A stretch of 62,431 bases of DNA, the filler included, from Asterionella formosa (Eukaryota), in NCBI GenBank assembly GCA_002256025.1. It is 22 parts of 22 records of this genome, joined end to end, with 100 filler letters (N's around TTAATTAATTAA, not from the genome) between each part and the next. Parts side by side here need not be neighbours in the genome. Positions count along the whole stretch, not along the records: positions 1 to 1,620 come from NKIB01001720.1; positions 1,721 to 3,340 come from NKIB01001721.1; positions 3,441 to 5,059 come from NKIB01001722.1; positions 5,160 to 6,777 come from NKIB01001723.1; positions 6,878 to 33,281 come from NKIB01001724.1; 17 more parts are not named here. One strand, 5' to 3'. Positions 1 through 12,541 of this stretch are shown here, piece by piece. The position numbers and the translations under genes were made by a program. Below the pieces are notes generated by a model that saw only the letters and a program-made list of their open reading frames with translations, had not been told where the DNA came from and searched no databases. Numbering within the stretch: position 1 is the stretch's first letter; each line of letters starts with the position of its first letter.

Positions 1-1140
1 CACACTCACAAATTTTTAATATGATTTTCTAGTGATGGCGGCTGTGGACAGATGGAATGAGTACTCCCTGGTACTAAACCAAGGTAGACCACCATGGCTG
101 ACTCCTCATAAATTCTCACCCCTCTATTTTTACATTAATCTGGTGTTTCTACATCAGATATGGAAAGCAGTACATTAACGCATCATGCCTCTCCAGAAAC
201 ACTTCCATCAGACTTCCATGAGCCTACCCTGTTGAATTATTTATAGCCTGTATGGCCTCTACTAAACAGGATGCAGATGTTGTCAGTTGCCGAAATCCAA
301 AACTAAGGAACAGAGGAATCAAGAATCGTGGTCAAGAACCCTCTAGTATGATATACACATGAAGAAACTGTATCAAGTTGCAATTCAAAAACGGTTGGTG
401 ACATGGTTTCGTATGAGCGAGATACATGCAAGACCAGGGGAAAGTAAATGGCATCCGCCCTATTTCGTCGCTTTCCCATAACTGGAGCAGTGCATGCAGA
501 AACTGCTTGGCTTATAGAAATTATCCTGCAAACCTAACCCGAACAGTCTTTCTTTTTCATGTTGTCCCTAAGGCTCTGGGGGTGCGGCTAATGAGTTAAA
601 ATGATAGGTTCCCATTGTACTGTATAGATGATTCAAACCGGTACAGATCCCTGCGCACCAGCGCCCAAAGTCAACATGTTTCTTGGGATGATCCTTGATA
701 AGTAAGTACATAAGTACATGAATATCAGGGCTGGCAGCGCCAGGAAGCGCTACGCAGTCTACCCTTTTGTTAGCAAATGAGTATTCTTAAACCCCTTTAT
801 GGAAGTGAGATTTGTAGTCGATAAAATGCATGAACCCGAATAGTTGGTTTGTCCTGCTATTCTGTTCCAAATCTGACATGAAATGATTCAATGTGAACCT
901 GTTTTGTTGATAACTACATGTTAGGGTTGGGGTATCACAATATTTGCTGGCATGGGTGAGTTTTGATTTCTTAACCTCAGGTGTACTTTGCCAGGAAGCA
1001 CCAAGTGGACTCCCTCTACCTTCTCTAGAGTAGCCTTAGCTAAGGGGATTAATAAATAATATTAATTATACTATTACACTTTTCTGACTCTCTTCATTAT
1101 AAGTAGTAGTAAAAAGCGAATATGCAAATGCTTAATTGCT

Positions 1141-1500
1141 TGCGGCATCATACCTGAATGTGAGCAAAGTTGCATCTGGGTATTGCTCAACCAAGAATTC
1201 CACCACATGAATGAATTTTGATTTTCTTTGAAGCAGTGAATATTACAACAAAGGAAGCCATTGAAGTTAATCCTTAGTAACCTTGAAAGAATCAGAATAT
1301 TGTTGGACCAAGAACTTCACCACCTCAGACAGACTGTTCTCGCATGCGTAGTTATTTCGCATGCGTAGTGCAAGGGAAGCTTTTGATCAGTCTTTGACCT
1401 TAACAGAATCAGGACATTTCTGGATTTAAAATTTCACGACTTCAAGTGACGCCCTTTCTTGGCAAGCAAGGAGCAAAGGAATCATTCGACTAGTACTGTT
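1141..1500 (-). pseudogene. Degenerate ankyrin-repeat gene fragment
   Basis: Manual minus-strand translation gives MIPLLLACQERASLEVVKF*IQKCPDSVKVKD*, LPLHYACE and YACENSLSEVVKFLVQQYSDSFKV. These are LPLHxAC-type ankyrin repeats with stops and a small internal duplication/frameshift. Confidence 0.7.
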
Positions 1501-1620
1501 TGAGATTAGAAATCTCAAACTAATTACGTAGCTCACTAGCCTAGATTCCCAGGAAGAAGCCAGAACTATCAAAATTTACATTTACGTAAGTTTTGATAGC
1601 AAAACGTGGTATTATTCTGC

Positions 1621-1720
1621 NNNNNNNNNNNNNNNNNNNNNNNNNNNNNNNNNNNNNNNNNNNNTTAATTAATTAANNNNNNNNNNNNNNNNNNNNNNNN
1701 NNNNNNNNNNNNNNNNNNNN
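1621..1720. other. Artificial contig spacer (44N-TTAATTAATTAA-44N); 21 copies in the window
   Basis: The same 100-bp block starts at 1621, 3341, 5060, 6778, 33282, 35000, 36718, 38436, 40152, 41868, 43584, 45298, 47012, 48726, 50440, 52154, 53868, 55581, 57294, 59007 and 60720. TTAATTAATTAA gives stops in all six frames. Confidence 0.99.
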
Positions 1721-1810
1721 GTATATTTCGTGTCAAGGAAAAGATTTTTTGTGGATCGCACCACAGGATGAGGCCAGCAAAGGATTGTTGGTACATTTAC
1801 CGTTGTGTAC

Positions 1811-1847
1811 TACCAGGTACCATGGTACCGGTACCAGGTACCAGGTA
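1811..1847. repeat. CCWGGTACC/TACCGGTA palindromic iterated motif array (example of many)
   Basis: taccaggtaccatggtaccggtaccaggtaccaggta. Similar arrays occur near 9882, 10358, 11633, 14763, 19045, 28914, 29060, 32319, 32625, 38414, 38723, 40807, 44562, 44767, 53335 and 53839. Confidence 0.9.
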
Positions 1848-2266
1848 GTTCAATGACAAGACAGCAACATCGCTCAAATTGCGGGAAAAACTAACTAATT
1901 CCCAAATGGGAATCATAATATTTCATTTATATAACTAGTCTAATAGAAATATTTTACTTTTTTTATAATGGTTTTGTCATCCTACGTCACAGTAGATGGG
2001 TGGTTGACAGCATTTAGGATTTCCCAAAAACCGATAGCATCGTTTTTTCGTCAGTTGACCAAAACCAAAACCAATCCAAAAAAAAAGTTTTTGGGTTTTG
2101 GTTTGGGTCAACGGTTAGCAACGGCCTAAGCAAAATGACCCCAACTTTTGCCGGTAAATCATGCCAGCGTCGGCGAAAGCAATACTCCACTTAGCTACCG
2201 GTAGCCACACGCACGCAAGGCAGAGGTCGTCGCATTCCTGTGCGTTTCTTGCTGATGAAGGCAAGA

Positions 2267-3080
2267 CACGCCTGAAGTTGTCACTTGCCTGCGAGTTTTT
2301 TAAAATGTGTTCGCGGCTGGGTGGCGCGAAAAGGTTGACCGAACGAGTGGCGCCCCCGGCGTTGCGAGAAGGTCACCCTACGAATGCCATCCCAGCCGGG
2401 CACACAGTAGCTGCCGAGAAGTAATTATTTTTGAGGCAATTGCCGCTCCAGCTATCGTCTTGCCATTCGGGCACTTCTAAGTAATTTTTAGGCTCTAAGT
2501 AATTTCTTAAGTAATTTTTATTTAAGGGCAATATGGGGCACATCGAATTTTTCGGCAATAAAATTGCCGATTTTAGCATGACAACCAGAATATCGGTAAT
2601 ATGCATAGAGATGGTACAACAAGCGTAAAACACATGAGAATGATTGTAACATGCAACATCAATGAAAATTGATCATGATGTTTGGAGCAACCAAAGTATG
2701 AAATGCGATGTAATAAGTAGCATCAAATGAGAAATAGAAAAAATTGTTTTGGGTTAGAAATGAAATAAAAAATAAGAGTTCCAATGGAAACGTATGCATT
2801 GTGAATCATTGTAGTACTTACACAGGCAACATTGACTTTCCATCACCATATACAATCGAAGACCGAAAGGAGAAGAAAAAACCCCAACCCAATGTAGACC
2901 TGCATCGTTATTTAGCGTCAACGGTCTGGTTGTTGCAACCATACGCATCGCTGTAGTAGCCTGACACCAGTAGCAGTATTTCCGCCACAGTCATTCCTCT
3001 CCGCCCAGCAGTACTACTGGGCGGAACTCGTAGGGTGACCTTCTCGCAGCGCCGGGGAGGCCACTCGTACAGTCAACCTA
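2267..3080. mobile_element. Non-autonomous long-TIR DNA element (CACGCC.. end); right TIR interrupted by another element
   Basis: 3010-3080 is an inverted copy of about 2330-2400 (ggttgaccgaacgagtggcgcccccggcg..gaaggtcaccctacga). A second copy of the left end starts at 4237. Confidence 0.7.
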
Positions 3081-3340
3081 CATCTAAGACGCGAAATACG
3101 CCACTTTTCGAAATTTCGTCTACGTATGAGTGTTAATTATGTGGTACTTCACATGCATTAATGCCACTCTTCACGTAAAAAAGATTACTTTTAACGGTTT
3201 CATGTGAAGTTTTAACTGCTTCATGTGAAGTTTTCACAATGAATTTTGAACGCGAGACTGAATTAGTTGATGTTTCAAATAATTCATTTGACTTTTCGAA
3301 ATTTCGTTTACGTACGAGTGTTAATTATGTGGTACTTCAC
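3081..3340 (+). mobile_element. End of CATCTAAG-type TIR element with subterminal repeats, inserted at TA
   Basis: ta|catctaagacgcgaaatacg is near-identical to the sequence at 46569 onward. It contains a 188-bp unit with 21-bp subrepeats. Confidence 0.7.
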
Positions 3341-3440
3341 NNNNNNNNNNNNNNNNNNNNNNNNNNNNNNNNNNNNNNNNNNNNTTAATTAATTAANNNN
3401 NNNNNNNNNNNNNNNNNNNNNNNNNNNNNNNNNNNNNNNN

Positions 3441-4236
3441 AGCTCTACGCTTGCATCAGATCCAGGTGAACCCAAGACCTACAGTGCGGCACTGAAAGCA
3501 GATGACAGAGAAAAATGGATTCCAGCAATCAAAAGTGAAATTAATAATTTTATAAAACGAAAAGTCTGGTCAAAATTCCCAAGATCAGAATTGCATGGAC
3601 GCAAGCCGCTTGGGAGTCGATGGGTCTTCAAGAAAAAGAAGGAACAAGACTTGACTACACGCTATAAGGCATGTGTGGTCGTCAAGGGATATGTTCAAAT
3701 CCCCGGTGTTGATTTTACCGACTCGTTTGCACCTGTGGCTACGGATACAAGTATCAGAGTTGTCTTTGCAATCACCATGCACAAGAAGACATGGACTTTG
3801 GAGGTCATTGACATCGAAGCATCCTTTCTTGAAGGAGACTTAGAGGAAGACATCTACCTTGAATGGCCTGAAGGCGTTGTTGAGTTTGGCTTTGAAGACA
3901 ACAAGGTTGTCTCAGAAAATTGTATTCTTCTAAGTAAAGCCATGTATGGAACGGTGCAGGCTGCGCGACAGTGGTACAAGAAACTTGTGGAGCGTCTGAT
4001 TCTCATTGGAATGAAACAGAGCAAAGTGAATCCATGCATTTTCTTCTTGAAACGTGATTTGAAATTGGTTCTAATTGTTTGTATCTATGTTGATGACTGC
4101 ATTGTTGCAGGAGAACAAGCCGATGTTGACTGGCTTAAGGCTGAAGCCAAGAAGCATTTCACCATAAAGGAACTCATACCAATCAAGAAACATTTAGGAG
4201 TTTGGTATGACTGGGTAGAGGATGCTGAAGGCAATA
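3441..4236 (+). mobile_element. Ty1/Copia reverse transcriptase fragment, interrupted by a TIR element
   Basis: Motifs EPKTY, RWVF, YKACVVVKGYVQIPGVDF, SFAPV, KAMYGTVQAAR and YVDD. Copia similarity ends at 4236, where the CACGCC element begins. Confidence 0.93.
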
Positions 4237-4625
4237 CACGCCCGAGGTGGTCTCTTGCCTGCGAGTATACATGTGTTCGAGGCTGGGTGGCACGAGTAGG
4301 TTGACCGTACGAGTGGCGCCCCCGGCGCTGCAAGAAGGTCACCCTACGAGTGCCATCCCAGTCGAGTACACATGTGTACGAGAAGGCAAGTAGCCGCCGA
4401 GAAGGGTATTGTTGAGGCAATTCCCGCTCTAGCTATCGTCAAGTCATTCGCTTACCTACTGCCCACAAATTTAGCATAAATGTCAATTTTAGCTTACTAT
4501 TGCCCATCATATACAATATATTTTGTATATTTTCTATGTTCACCTCAAAAATTGCCAAAGGTCCGATATTGCCCATCATTAAAATATATTTTGAATATAT
4601 CATATGTTCGCATTTTGGCAAGACA
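4237..4625 (+). mobile_element. Second copy of the CACGCC TIR element left end (right boundary uncertain)
   Basis: ta|cacgcccgaggtggtctcttgcctgcgag aligns with 2267 onward for about 200 bp. Confidence 0.7.
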
Positions 4626-5220
4626 ACAGACGACAATTGCCCCTTGGTTTTCCAGCCCTGGGATTGCCGAAATCGGCAAGGGGTCTACTTAAAGAAACTA
4701 TTTTATATACTATTCAGATTCTAATAATTTATATCTAGAATTCACATCGTTTTTGTTCGTCTCCTGAAAAGTGGACTCCGGCAATTCACCTTTCACCATG
4801 CCAATCGTCGTCCATCATGACCGGTTTGAAGCGAAATCAGTTCCGCGATGACGCCAGTAGCGATTCTTTGCCTAACGGATGCGGTTGATTGTTGGATCGC
4901 TTGTCTTCTCGAGGTATTCATGTAGTCGCATCGTCCATATTTCGTCGGACGAACGATGATATCGATACATCTGATGTTGGTGGCAAGTTTTTGCTCCGGT
5001 CATGTATGTAATGATGCTTAACGGATATTCTACTGGTACCGGCAGTCATCTAGTCTACANNNNNNNNNNNNNNNNNNNNNNNNNNNNNNNNNNNNNNNNN
5101 NNNTTAATTAATTAANNNNNNNNNNNNNNNNNNNNNNNNNNNNNNNNNNNNNNNNNNNNACTTGTCAGTCTCATAATATACAATTATTTGCAGAGTCATC
5201 GTTGAGACACTTTAGTAATC

Positions 5221-6777
5221 ATGTTGGCAGACCAAGGAATGCTAACTCCTTATGAAACGGAAATTGAGCAGCTAAACCTCAACAATCTAATTCGAGAGTT
5301 AGAAGCTATCAATGCTAACAATGGAGGTAAAATGCCATATGGCACTATTTCTAAAGTGGTGGAGGCTAGGAAAAGATTGCTCCCATGGCTATCAATTAGC
5401 TAACCATATCAAGTACCAGATGAAGAAGAACAAGAAATTATTTAATGAGATTTACTCTAGTACTACTACATCGAGCAGCACATTCTAAGCTGCTATGGGT
5501 AATGCCGCCTCATCCTCTCTGACTTTTGCTTCCCTTTGTTCCACAATTTCAACCAGCGACTTTAATGTTCCTAGGAACCTTGCCCCCGCCATCCCCACCA
5601 ATTACGATTTCTCACCAGTAGCACCAGCAACCACTCCAGCAGTTGATTTATTTTATTTGTTTCAAATACAGCAGGACGAAGAGGAGGGTGGTGGTGAGAT
5701 ATCATTTGATAGCTAGCAGTTAAATGAGCTGACAAGCGCAGAGCAGAATGACACACACAATATTAAACATACCTGTGAGAATTTTGGTGAGGGCGAGATG
5801 AGAACAGCAGATGCAGAAGGCAGTGTAAGTCAACAAACAACCAGCACAATAACCGGAGGAAGACCAAAGGGTGCCACTGCAGCTGCTGTAAGAGATGTTG
5901 GGCAACGACATGAAATTGTCATGAGGGAAATATGTGATTTGTATGCTGTTGCTCAAGAAAATTTCAAAGATGCCAAGAGGCGAGTAAAAAATGGAACACT
6001 TGTGATGATCATAACAGAAGCAAAGGCAAGGAATGGGCTGCCAGGAGAAACTTTCATGAATTTGGTCAAGTTACCTCCAACAGGACTGCAATTGCCAACC
6101 GAGGATGGGGCCCACTCAACTATAATGTTCTCAATCACTCTGAAATCCAACTTACAAAGACAACATTGAAAAATGGCACCCAAAACAACAACACTGGAAA
6201 TGCTACTTCTCCCCAAGAATTAAATCTGTCAGATGGATATGCTGGCACTCTAGTTGACCATGTTGTTGAATACAGGAATCGTGAAGATGCTCGAAATGGA
6301 ATCGACCTTGATGCCCAAGCCCGTCAACGCAAGGAAACTGCCCAAGTCCATCTCGACTCCCACAAGAAAAGAATCTCTGCCGGCCTATTGGCATACGCTG
6401 GCATTCATGCTCTTGTACCAAATGTGCTTGCATCTGCACTGGTGAGAAATAGAAAGGCAGAGGAACTGGTTACTGAGCGTCAAAACAAAAGGCAGCATGA
6501 ATTTATGAAGCTACGGAACAAATTTATGGCTCAACGCGCAGCCAACAAGCCTGAGCATATGCTGTTGTGCGATGGTTTCGACGCAACGGAGATTTCCCGG
6601 TACCACAAACAAGACAAGCCCTACTTACCCGCTTGGGAGAGACCTCGGTGAAACCCAAGGAAATGGGTTACTTGTGTATCCAATGTGGCCGGTATGGATT
6701 TGTAATTCCTCGCACAATCAAAAGGAAGTAAGTATTTCGCAATAGCCAATCAGTACCTGTAAATTACTTCGCGCACT
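5221..6777 (+). mobile_element. Degenerate, probably internally deleted pogo/Tc1-like DNA transposon
   Basis: Broken ORFs with GGRPKGAT..RVKNGTL..IITEAK (N-terminal part) and ELNLSDGYAG (C-terminal part) resemble diatom pogo-like transposases. No DDE core is visible. The contig ends in ..cgcgcact, compatible with a CAGT-type TIR. Confidence 0.45.
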
Positions 6778-6877
6778 NNNNNNNNNNNNNNNNNNNNNNN
6801 NNNNNNNNNNNNNNNNNNNNNTTAATTAATTAANNNNNNNNNNNNNNNNNNNNNNNNNNNNNNNNNNNNNNNNNNNN

Positions 6878-7713
6878 TTGCCGTGCACCCTGACATGAAG
6901 AGCCACACCGGTGGCGTGATGTCTTTTGGAACTGGAGGCATCATATGCAAGTCGACCAAGCAGAAATTGAACACAAAGAGTTCGACGGAGGCTGAATTTG
7001 TGGGCACCAGCGATTATCTCCCGAACACGCTGTGGGTAAAAATGTTTCTTGAAGCACAGGGATACAAGATTCAAGAAAGTTTCTTCGAACAAGACAACGA
7101 GAGCGCAATTAAACTCGAGAAGAACGGACGAATTACGGCAGGGCCAAAGTCTCGGCATATCAACATCCGCTATTTCTGGATTAAGGATTGATCGGTAGAT
7201 GAAGGAATCACCATTCGCCATTGTCCAACGTTGGAAATGTTGGGGGATTTCTTTACGAAACCACTGCAAGGAAACCTGTTCAGAACATTCCGAAATGTGC
7301 TTCTAGGAGCTGCGCACGTCGATACCCTGACTGCCAGTTCCCTGGCAACAGCCGAGGAGCGTGTTGGAAAAATTCGAGCTGACTGCCACAGGACAGGCGT
7401 GAAGGGTATAGTAGACACGAGAGAGTACAGTACTACAGTTAAAACCGTACAGCCGCTACCAAGAGTTACCTGGGCTGACGTGGTAAAAGGCACCACGCAA
7501 GGAAAAGCAATCAGAGGTCAAGAAAAAATGTTAAAATGCAGTGTGAGTAATAAGAGTGTTTCGAGACCATTATCTCGAAACAATCCAGTTAGTAAAGTGA
7601 AAGTTTAAGTTTGACAACTTCCTCGTTGCTATCAATTTCATCAACTGTATTCGATTAACACAGTACTAGGTTCAAGGCCTACGATACGGTCGAATACGGT
7701 AGTTGTTACAACA
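6878..7713 (+). mobile_element. Copia 3' end: RNase H (premature TGA at 7189), polypurine tract and 3' LTR 7362-7713
   Basis: Motifs KSHTGG, KQKLNTKSSTEAE, EQDNESAI, RHINIRYFWIKD and GDFFTKPLQG. The tract GAGGAGCG is followed by TGTTG...CAACA. Confidence 0.9.
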
Positions 7714-8192
7714 CCCCATAATCTCGATGCACCAAAATGAAGGTGACTGCATGACGCAGTCTCAACATCCTCAATTTATACTCTTCTGGGGACGTACAAG
7801 GAAACTCAACAGCCAGCAGCCCTGTGTGAGCACTGGGACATTCGATCTTGGCACCAAAACCATTGCCTTGAGGACCCATTTGAAACTCATTGCAGATATT
7901 GGTTTGTGGCGCCTTCAAGTAGCAGTTTATGTCTACATCCTCGTCAAAGAGTCCAACAGCAGAAACTGCTGGATGCACATGGAGATGACGACCGACGTGT
8001 TTATTCTTAAGGCCATTTCGAAGGAGCACACAAGGAGTGTTGAGAGAACCAGGTGCAACAACAACGCACCGCTTTGCACTAATTTTCAATTGATAACTCC
8101 CAAACTTGGCAATTACACCAGTGGCCCGCTTACCTCTTGACGAACCAGTAGACTCCATCAATACTTTGTGAACAGCACAATTCTCAATAATA
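7714..8192 (-). pseudogene. Inverted partial copy of the long-chain alcohol oxidase gene (matches about 16205-16680)
   Basis: IIENCAVHKVLMESTGSSRGKRATGVIAK...EEYKLRMLRLRHA is nearly identical to the middle of ORF 15014-17197. The 5' part is missing and the 3' end is cut by the Copia LTR. Confidence 0.9.
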
Positions 8193-8294
8193 TAGGCTAC
8201 TATACTGGTAGAATATACTCGGCAGTTGACATTTACAAACTTATTCTGTTCCCCTCTCATTTCCAAATTGCACATAGATAGTGCATTTAAAATT

Positions 8295-9374
8295 TCAATT
8301 GAGATTCATATTAGAAACGTCAGCCTCTAAGAGTCCCGTGTCGTCAATAAGAGTTCGATCGAACAGTTCACTCTCAGACGAGAATTGTGTATCCGTTTCG
8401 ATGCTGATCTGATGAGCGTCCATGATTTCTTGGGATCTACCCCCTTCTGTCTTGTGCAGGTTGGCGAATTCTAATCTCGAATAAACAATCAAATCGGAGC
8501 GCGTATGAGGAGGTCTCTTCTTCTTGTAGTCAGCATTGGAAATATTCTTGACTTCGTAGACCGACAAATAGATAGGCTGAGTTCCAGTTACAATCCCCAT
8601 GTGGAAGGGTCGGACTCCAGCAACATTCAAGCACTTCCATTTAATCCAGTCGACGTAAGCGGACCACAAACACATGGTGAAAGTGTCCTGAGTATTCCAG
8701 TCCACACTGCCCGCCCCCATTTTACGACGGCGCTTGACACTGGCATCAGTCTCAAAGAGCTCCGAACCTAGCTCTGGAGGTATTTCTCCAGGCTTAGTGA
8801 TCACAATCCGATCCATGCTTGCTTCTACAGGAAAGCTCAAATGCGTCTTTTCATAGTTGCCATTCTCTATTTCCTCCTCCGTGGTATTCTTATCCACTCC
8901 CCAACTGTAGTGGAAGCCCGAATTTATGCGCCGAATCATGGCTAACAATACACTCGATAGACCCTTCGCAATCCTCCCCACTTTGATTTGATGCTCCAAT
9001 TCACAACCCAAGAACAATGGTCCGGTCGGAACCTTTTTGAGTTTGATGCGAAACTGAAACTCGAATCTCCGTTTCTTATCTCCGAAATACGTCGAGATGG
9101 CTTGCGCTGTCTCTCCTGTTGGCTTGACAGATACCTTGTCATCTACATCAGGTGTTCGAATCATCAAAAACACTTGCCCGGAAAAGCATTCGTTGTCAAG
9201 AGGAAAGGCCGTTGAATTTGGAATGATGCGAGTCAGGGTCTGACAGTCAATGACGCACATGGTAGAGAGATCCGGATGTTGATCTTCATGACCGTACTCC
9301 CAGGCAAGATGATCGGAGTTTTCGGTCGTTGCAGAAGCCGCCGTCTGCGATCTGCGCTTGATGAGAGCCGACAT
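8295..9374 (-). CDS. DUF1769-family protein
   Basis: Intact ORF with likely start MSALIKRR. DNECFSGQVFLMIRTP, YFGDKKRRFEFQF and PLFLGCEL resemble DUF1769. Confidence 0.7.
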   Translation of the reverse strand: MSALIKRRSQTAASATTENSDHLAWEYGHEDQHPDLSTMCVIDCQTLTRIIPNSTAFPLDNECFSGQVFLMIRTPDVDDKVSVKPTGETAQAISTYFGDKKRRFEFQFRIKLKKVPTGPLFLGCELEHQIKVGRIAKGLSSVLLAMIRRINSGFHYSWGVDKNTTEEEIENGNYEKTHLSFPVEASMDRIVITKPGEIPPELGSELFETDASVKRRRKMGAGSVDWNTQDTFTMCLWSAYVDWIKWKCLNVAGVRPFHMGIVTGTQPIYLSVYEVKNISNADYKKKRPPHTRSDLIVYSRLEFANLHKTEGGRSQEIMDAHQISIETDTQFSSESELFDRTLIDDTGLLEADVSNMNLN

Positions 9375-12300
9375 GGAAGCTAACAAAAACGACAATAATT
9401 GTAAATGTTGGGAATGACGGGCAGCGACAACCCAAATTAAGATGTTAAGCCTTAGCTGCACAATTATGTACCGGTATGTGAAGTCTGCATACATAGGTAA
9501 ACATATCTTAGTTCTACACGTGCATACACTACAAACCAATCGGGAATCTCGCCTTCATCAGTTCATAAACAACGACCATACACGTGGTGTAAGTATTTAA
9601 AATATATGTATACATATACGGTTTAAATCTAAAATGCCCTTGCTCGCATATCATACATATTCATGTATGTTGTAATTATCACCGGTACTCGTCCCTGTCA
9701 ACGTACACCGAATCTCTTTTCTCCGTCCTACATTTTATGTACATTGTATGTATTCTTAATTTATGCTGGTGTTGTCACAGGTGTACCTGTACCGGGATTT
9801 ACGCTTCTTTGTAAAAATAAGTCTGTACGGACCGATGTCAACTGCCGATGAGCGATCGGACGAATTTCGTTCCTGCTTTGACAGGTACATGGTACCTGGT
9901 ACTTAAACTACATGATGTTCGACATGCGGCAAATTGTCTTATTTTAGTATCAAAATTCCACACAACGCACATCCAAATATGTATACACATGGGTTTATGT
10001 AAATGTGAAAAGCAAGCAAATTATGTAAGCTGCCGGCTGTGCACATTGCCATCACCTCAACGGTTGACTTTGGTATTCCATGAAGGCATTGACATGTACA
10101 AATAGAATTTTTCCTCCCGTATGTCGGGTACGGAAACGTGCAGTACAAGTGAATACTTGAAGGAGATTGTTGTCCATCTCTTCATACATTATAGTAAACT
10201 GATAAATAATTTTATGAGCTGCCATGTGTTGATTGGTATTTGGACAACCCTCTGGCAGGTGACGGATAAGGCAATCATGCATCATCAGCATGTCTCGTAT
10301 TGGAAGCGAACTCCATTACTCGGAGTACCAGTTACAAGGTGCTGTACGTAGTGCAACGGTACCAGGTACCATACCTGGTACCAAATCATGACCAAGTGCT
10401 TTGTCCCATTAACCTTAATATTTTTTCATCACAGCAACAACTTAAAACAATTAGTTGTGATTCATTAAACTTCGATAACTTAATCAATAATTGAGATAAC
10501 AACATAGGTTTTCTTAAGTATCCACTTAAGGTAGGAGTATATCTTGATATGCTATCCAGCCATTCTTAATGCATTTCCTAGCAGCAGCATCATTACTTTT
10601 TGAGACCATAGAGAGGAGGTCACACTAAAGTAATTTTCGATGTGGTGCTGGCTGGCTAACTAAATGGCACTGTATGGAGCAACCAATTCAATTTCAATAA
10701 TGTGATCAATACTTCAGATAACAATTAGGATTGTTTGAGTAAAAAGTTCGTAGGAGTGTAGTTTCATAGTTTGATATCATGCTTTCTATTCATAGATATC
10801 TGTAATTTTTGAGTCACTGGAGCAAGGCACGAGCAGGAGGTCATGGTTCACTACCAGGATCCACAAACTTCATGCATCAAACATCTCGAATGAAACATTG
10901 GATTGTTGGACCAGAGATCAGGGAGAGTGACAAATAGTGAAGGGATCATTTGAGTCGAGTCATGTGAGTGATTGCAACTATGATCCTGCTCCAAATACGT
11001 GTTGCAGTAAATGTGGCTGACGAGGAACACAGCTTGACTTTGGAAAAGACAATGACGAGATGATTGGCTGAAGTAGGAGATTAAAAGATCAAAATGGATT
11101 GTGAGTGGCTGGGGGGGGGGGCTTAGTCTGGTAGTAGAAAGCTCACAATGAAGTAAAGCAAAAATTTAGTTTCTGATGTTTACTAAAGAGCTACTAGGAG
11201 TAGATCACAAGAAATAGCTAACCGAGAGTGAAGCATAGATGTATACTACTCAAGAGGAGAACTACCAGTAGGTTCTTCAACACTTCTATATATCATAGAA
11301 GTGCTGAGAACTTAGTGTGCAGATTATCATAAATACCGTACTCATTTCTTTAAGATTTCCATATAGAGCACCAGTACTTAATTAAATGTCTACTGTTCAC
11401 ACCCCATCAATGTATAGAATTTATATACCGGTATTGTAGCTGCTGGTAATCAAGAAGCTCTTGGTGCCAAGAGACTAAATCTGTACTTACCCATTATAAA
11501 CTGCAAGTTGCGGTCATTTTGCTTTTAAATAAACAATTTGATATTGGATAAACAAGCTAAATATTTATTTTTAGCAAAATTACCGCACGTTGCTGGTAGT
11601 ACCGGTAGTAGTCTAGGGTTGTGGTTGCCTACACACCGGGTACCAGGTATGTATTATTACGCTATGTACGATGAAACCCTCGCTTTCCAAGGTTGAACCA
11701 AGAGTGATTGAATCGCTCAAACGAGTTTGAACTTTGCCCTCACATAATGATCACAAAGCTAGCTGCTACCGAGAAGAGTATTCGTGATCACCACAATCAC
11801 ACTATCCCTGTCAAAGTAAAAGTGGACTCCATGAGTTGGCTCCCTTCCTGTGGTGGATTGGGACACGTCGTGTTTGAGAGCAATAATCACGCTTGCAATG
11901 CACGAAACATTACTACTAATACGCAACGATACTTTGGGAGAACGCCAGAATCCGAGTTAAGCGATGTATCAAATACTCGAAGGCCTTTGCTTTCCAGTCG
12001 GTACACCAAGACAAATCACAGTACAGCAAGGTCCTATGGCCGCCGACCTTTTGTCGGCAAGCTCCTTTGCAACATTCAAGGAGAACCGCGGGACACTGCT
12101 GATTTTGACTTTGAATTTTTGCAAGAGAACCGCTACACTCCCTACTCGGCACCTATCCAGGATGTTGATACCGCATGGATTGATATGAATATGGCTGAAA
12201 GTTTTACCGGAAACACCTGCGCAGCAAGTACATCGATCAAAATGACGAAGGGACTTACGGCCTCGTCAGCATCGCCTTTGGCGAGGTCTAGGACTATTTC

Positions 12301-12541
12301 TGTACCACAGCCGTATTGCACTTCTGTTTTACGCGGGAATAACAACGGTTTTGGAGGCGGAGTCGGGTCGTGTGACAGGAAACGCAACACGACAAGCAAA
12401 CATCGGCAAGCAGCGCAACAGCAACGGCCGCCGCAGCTTGATAAGCATCATAGTACCGGTACCGGTAATCGAATTTGGCCACTATCATTGCATCGCCGTC
12501 GTCATCGTCATCGCCATCGCCATCGTCGCTTCGTCGCCAGC

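Noticed and set aside
1665..1676. TTAATTAATTAA recurring at about 1.7-kb periodicity, resembling a regular repeat array
   Set aside because: It is always embedded in 44-N runs: a synthetic six-frame stop linker. The periodicity reflects contig length sorting.
10550..10800. Possible hAT dimerisation-domain remnant on the minus strand (..PAST..ENYFS)
   Set aside because: It needs frameshifts and the match is too short to support by eye.
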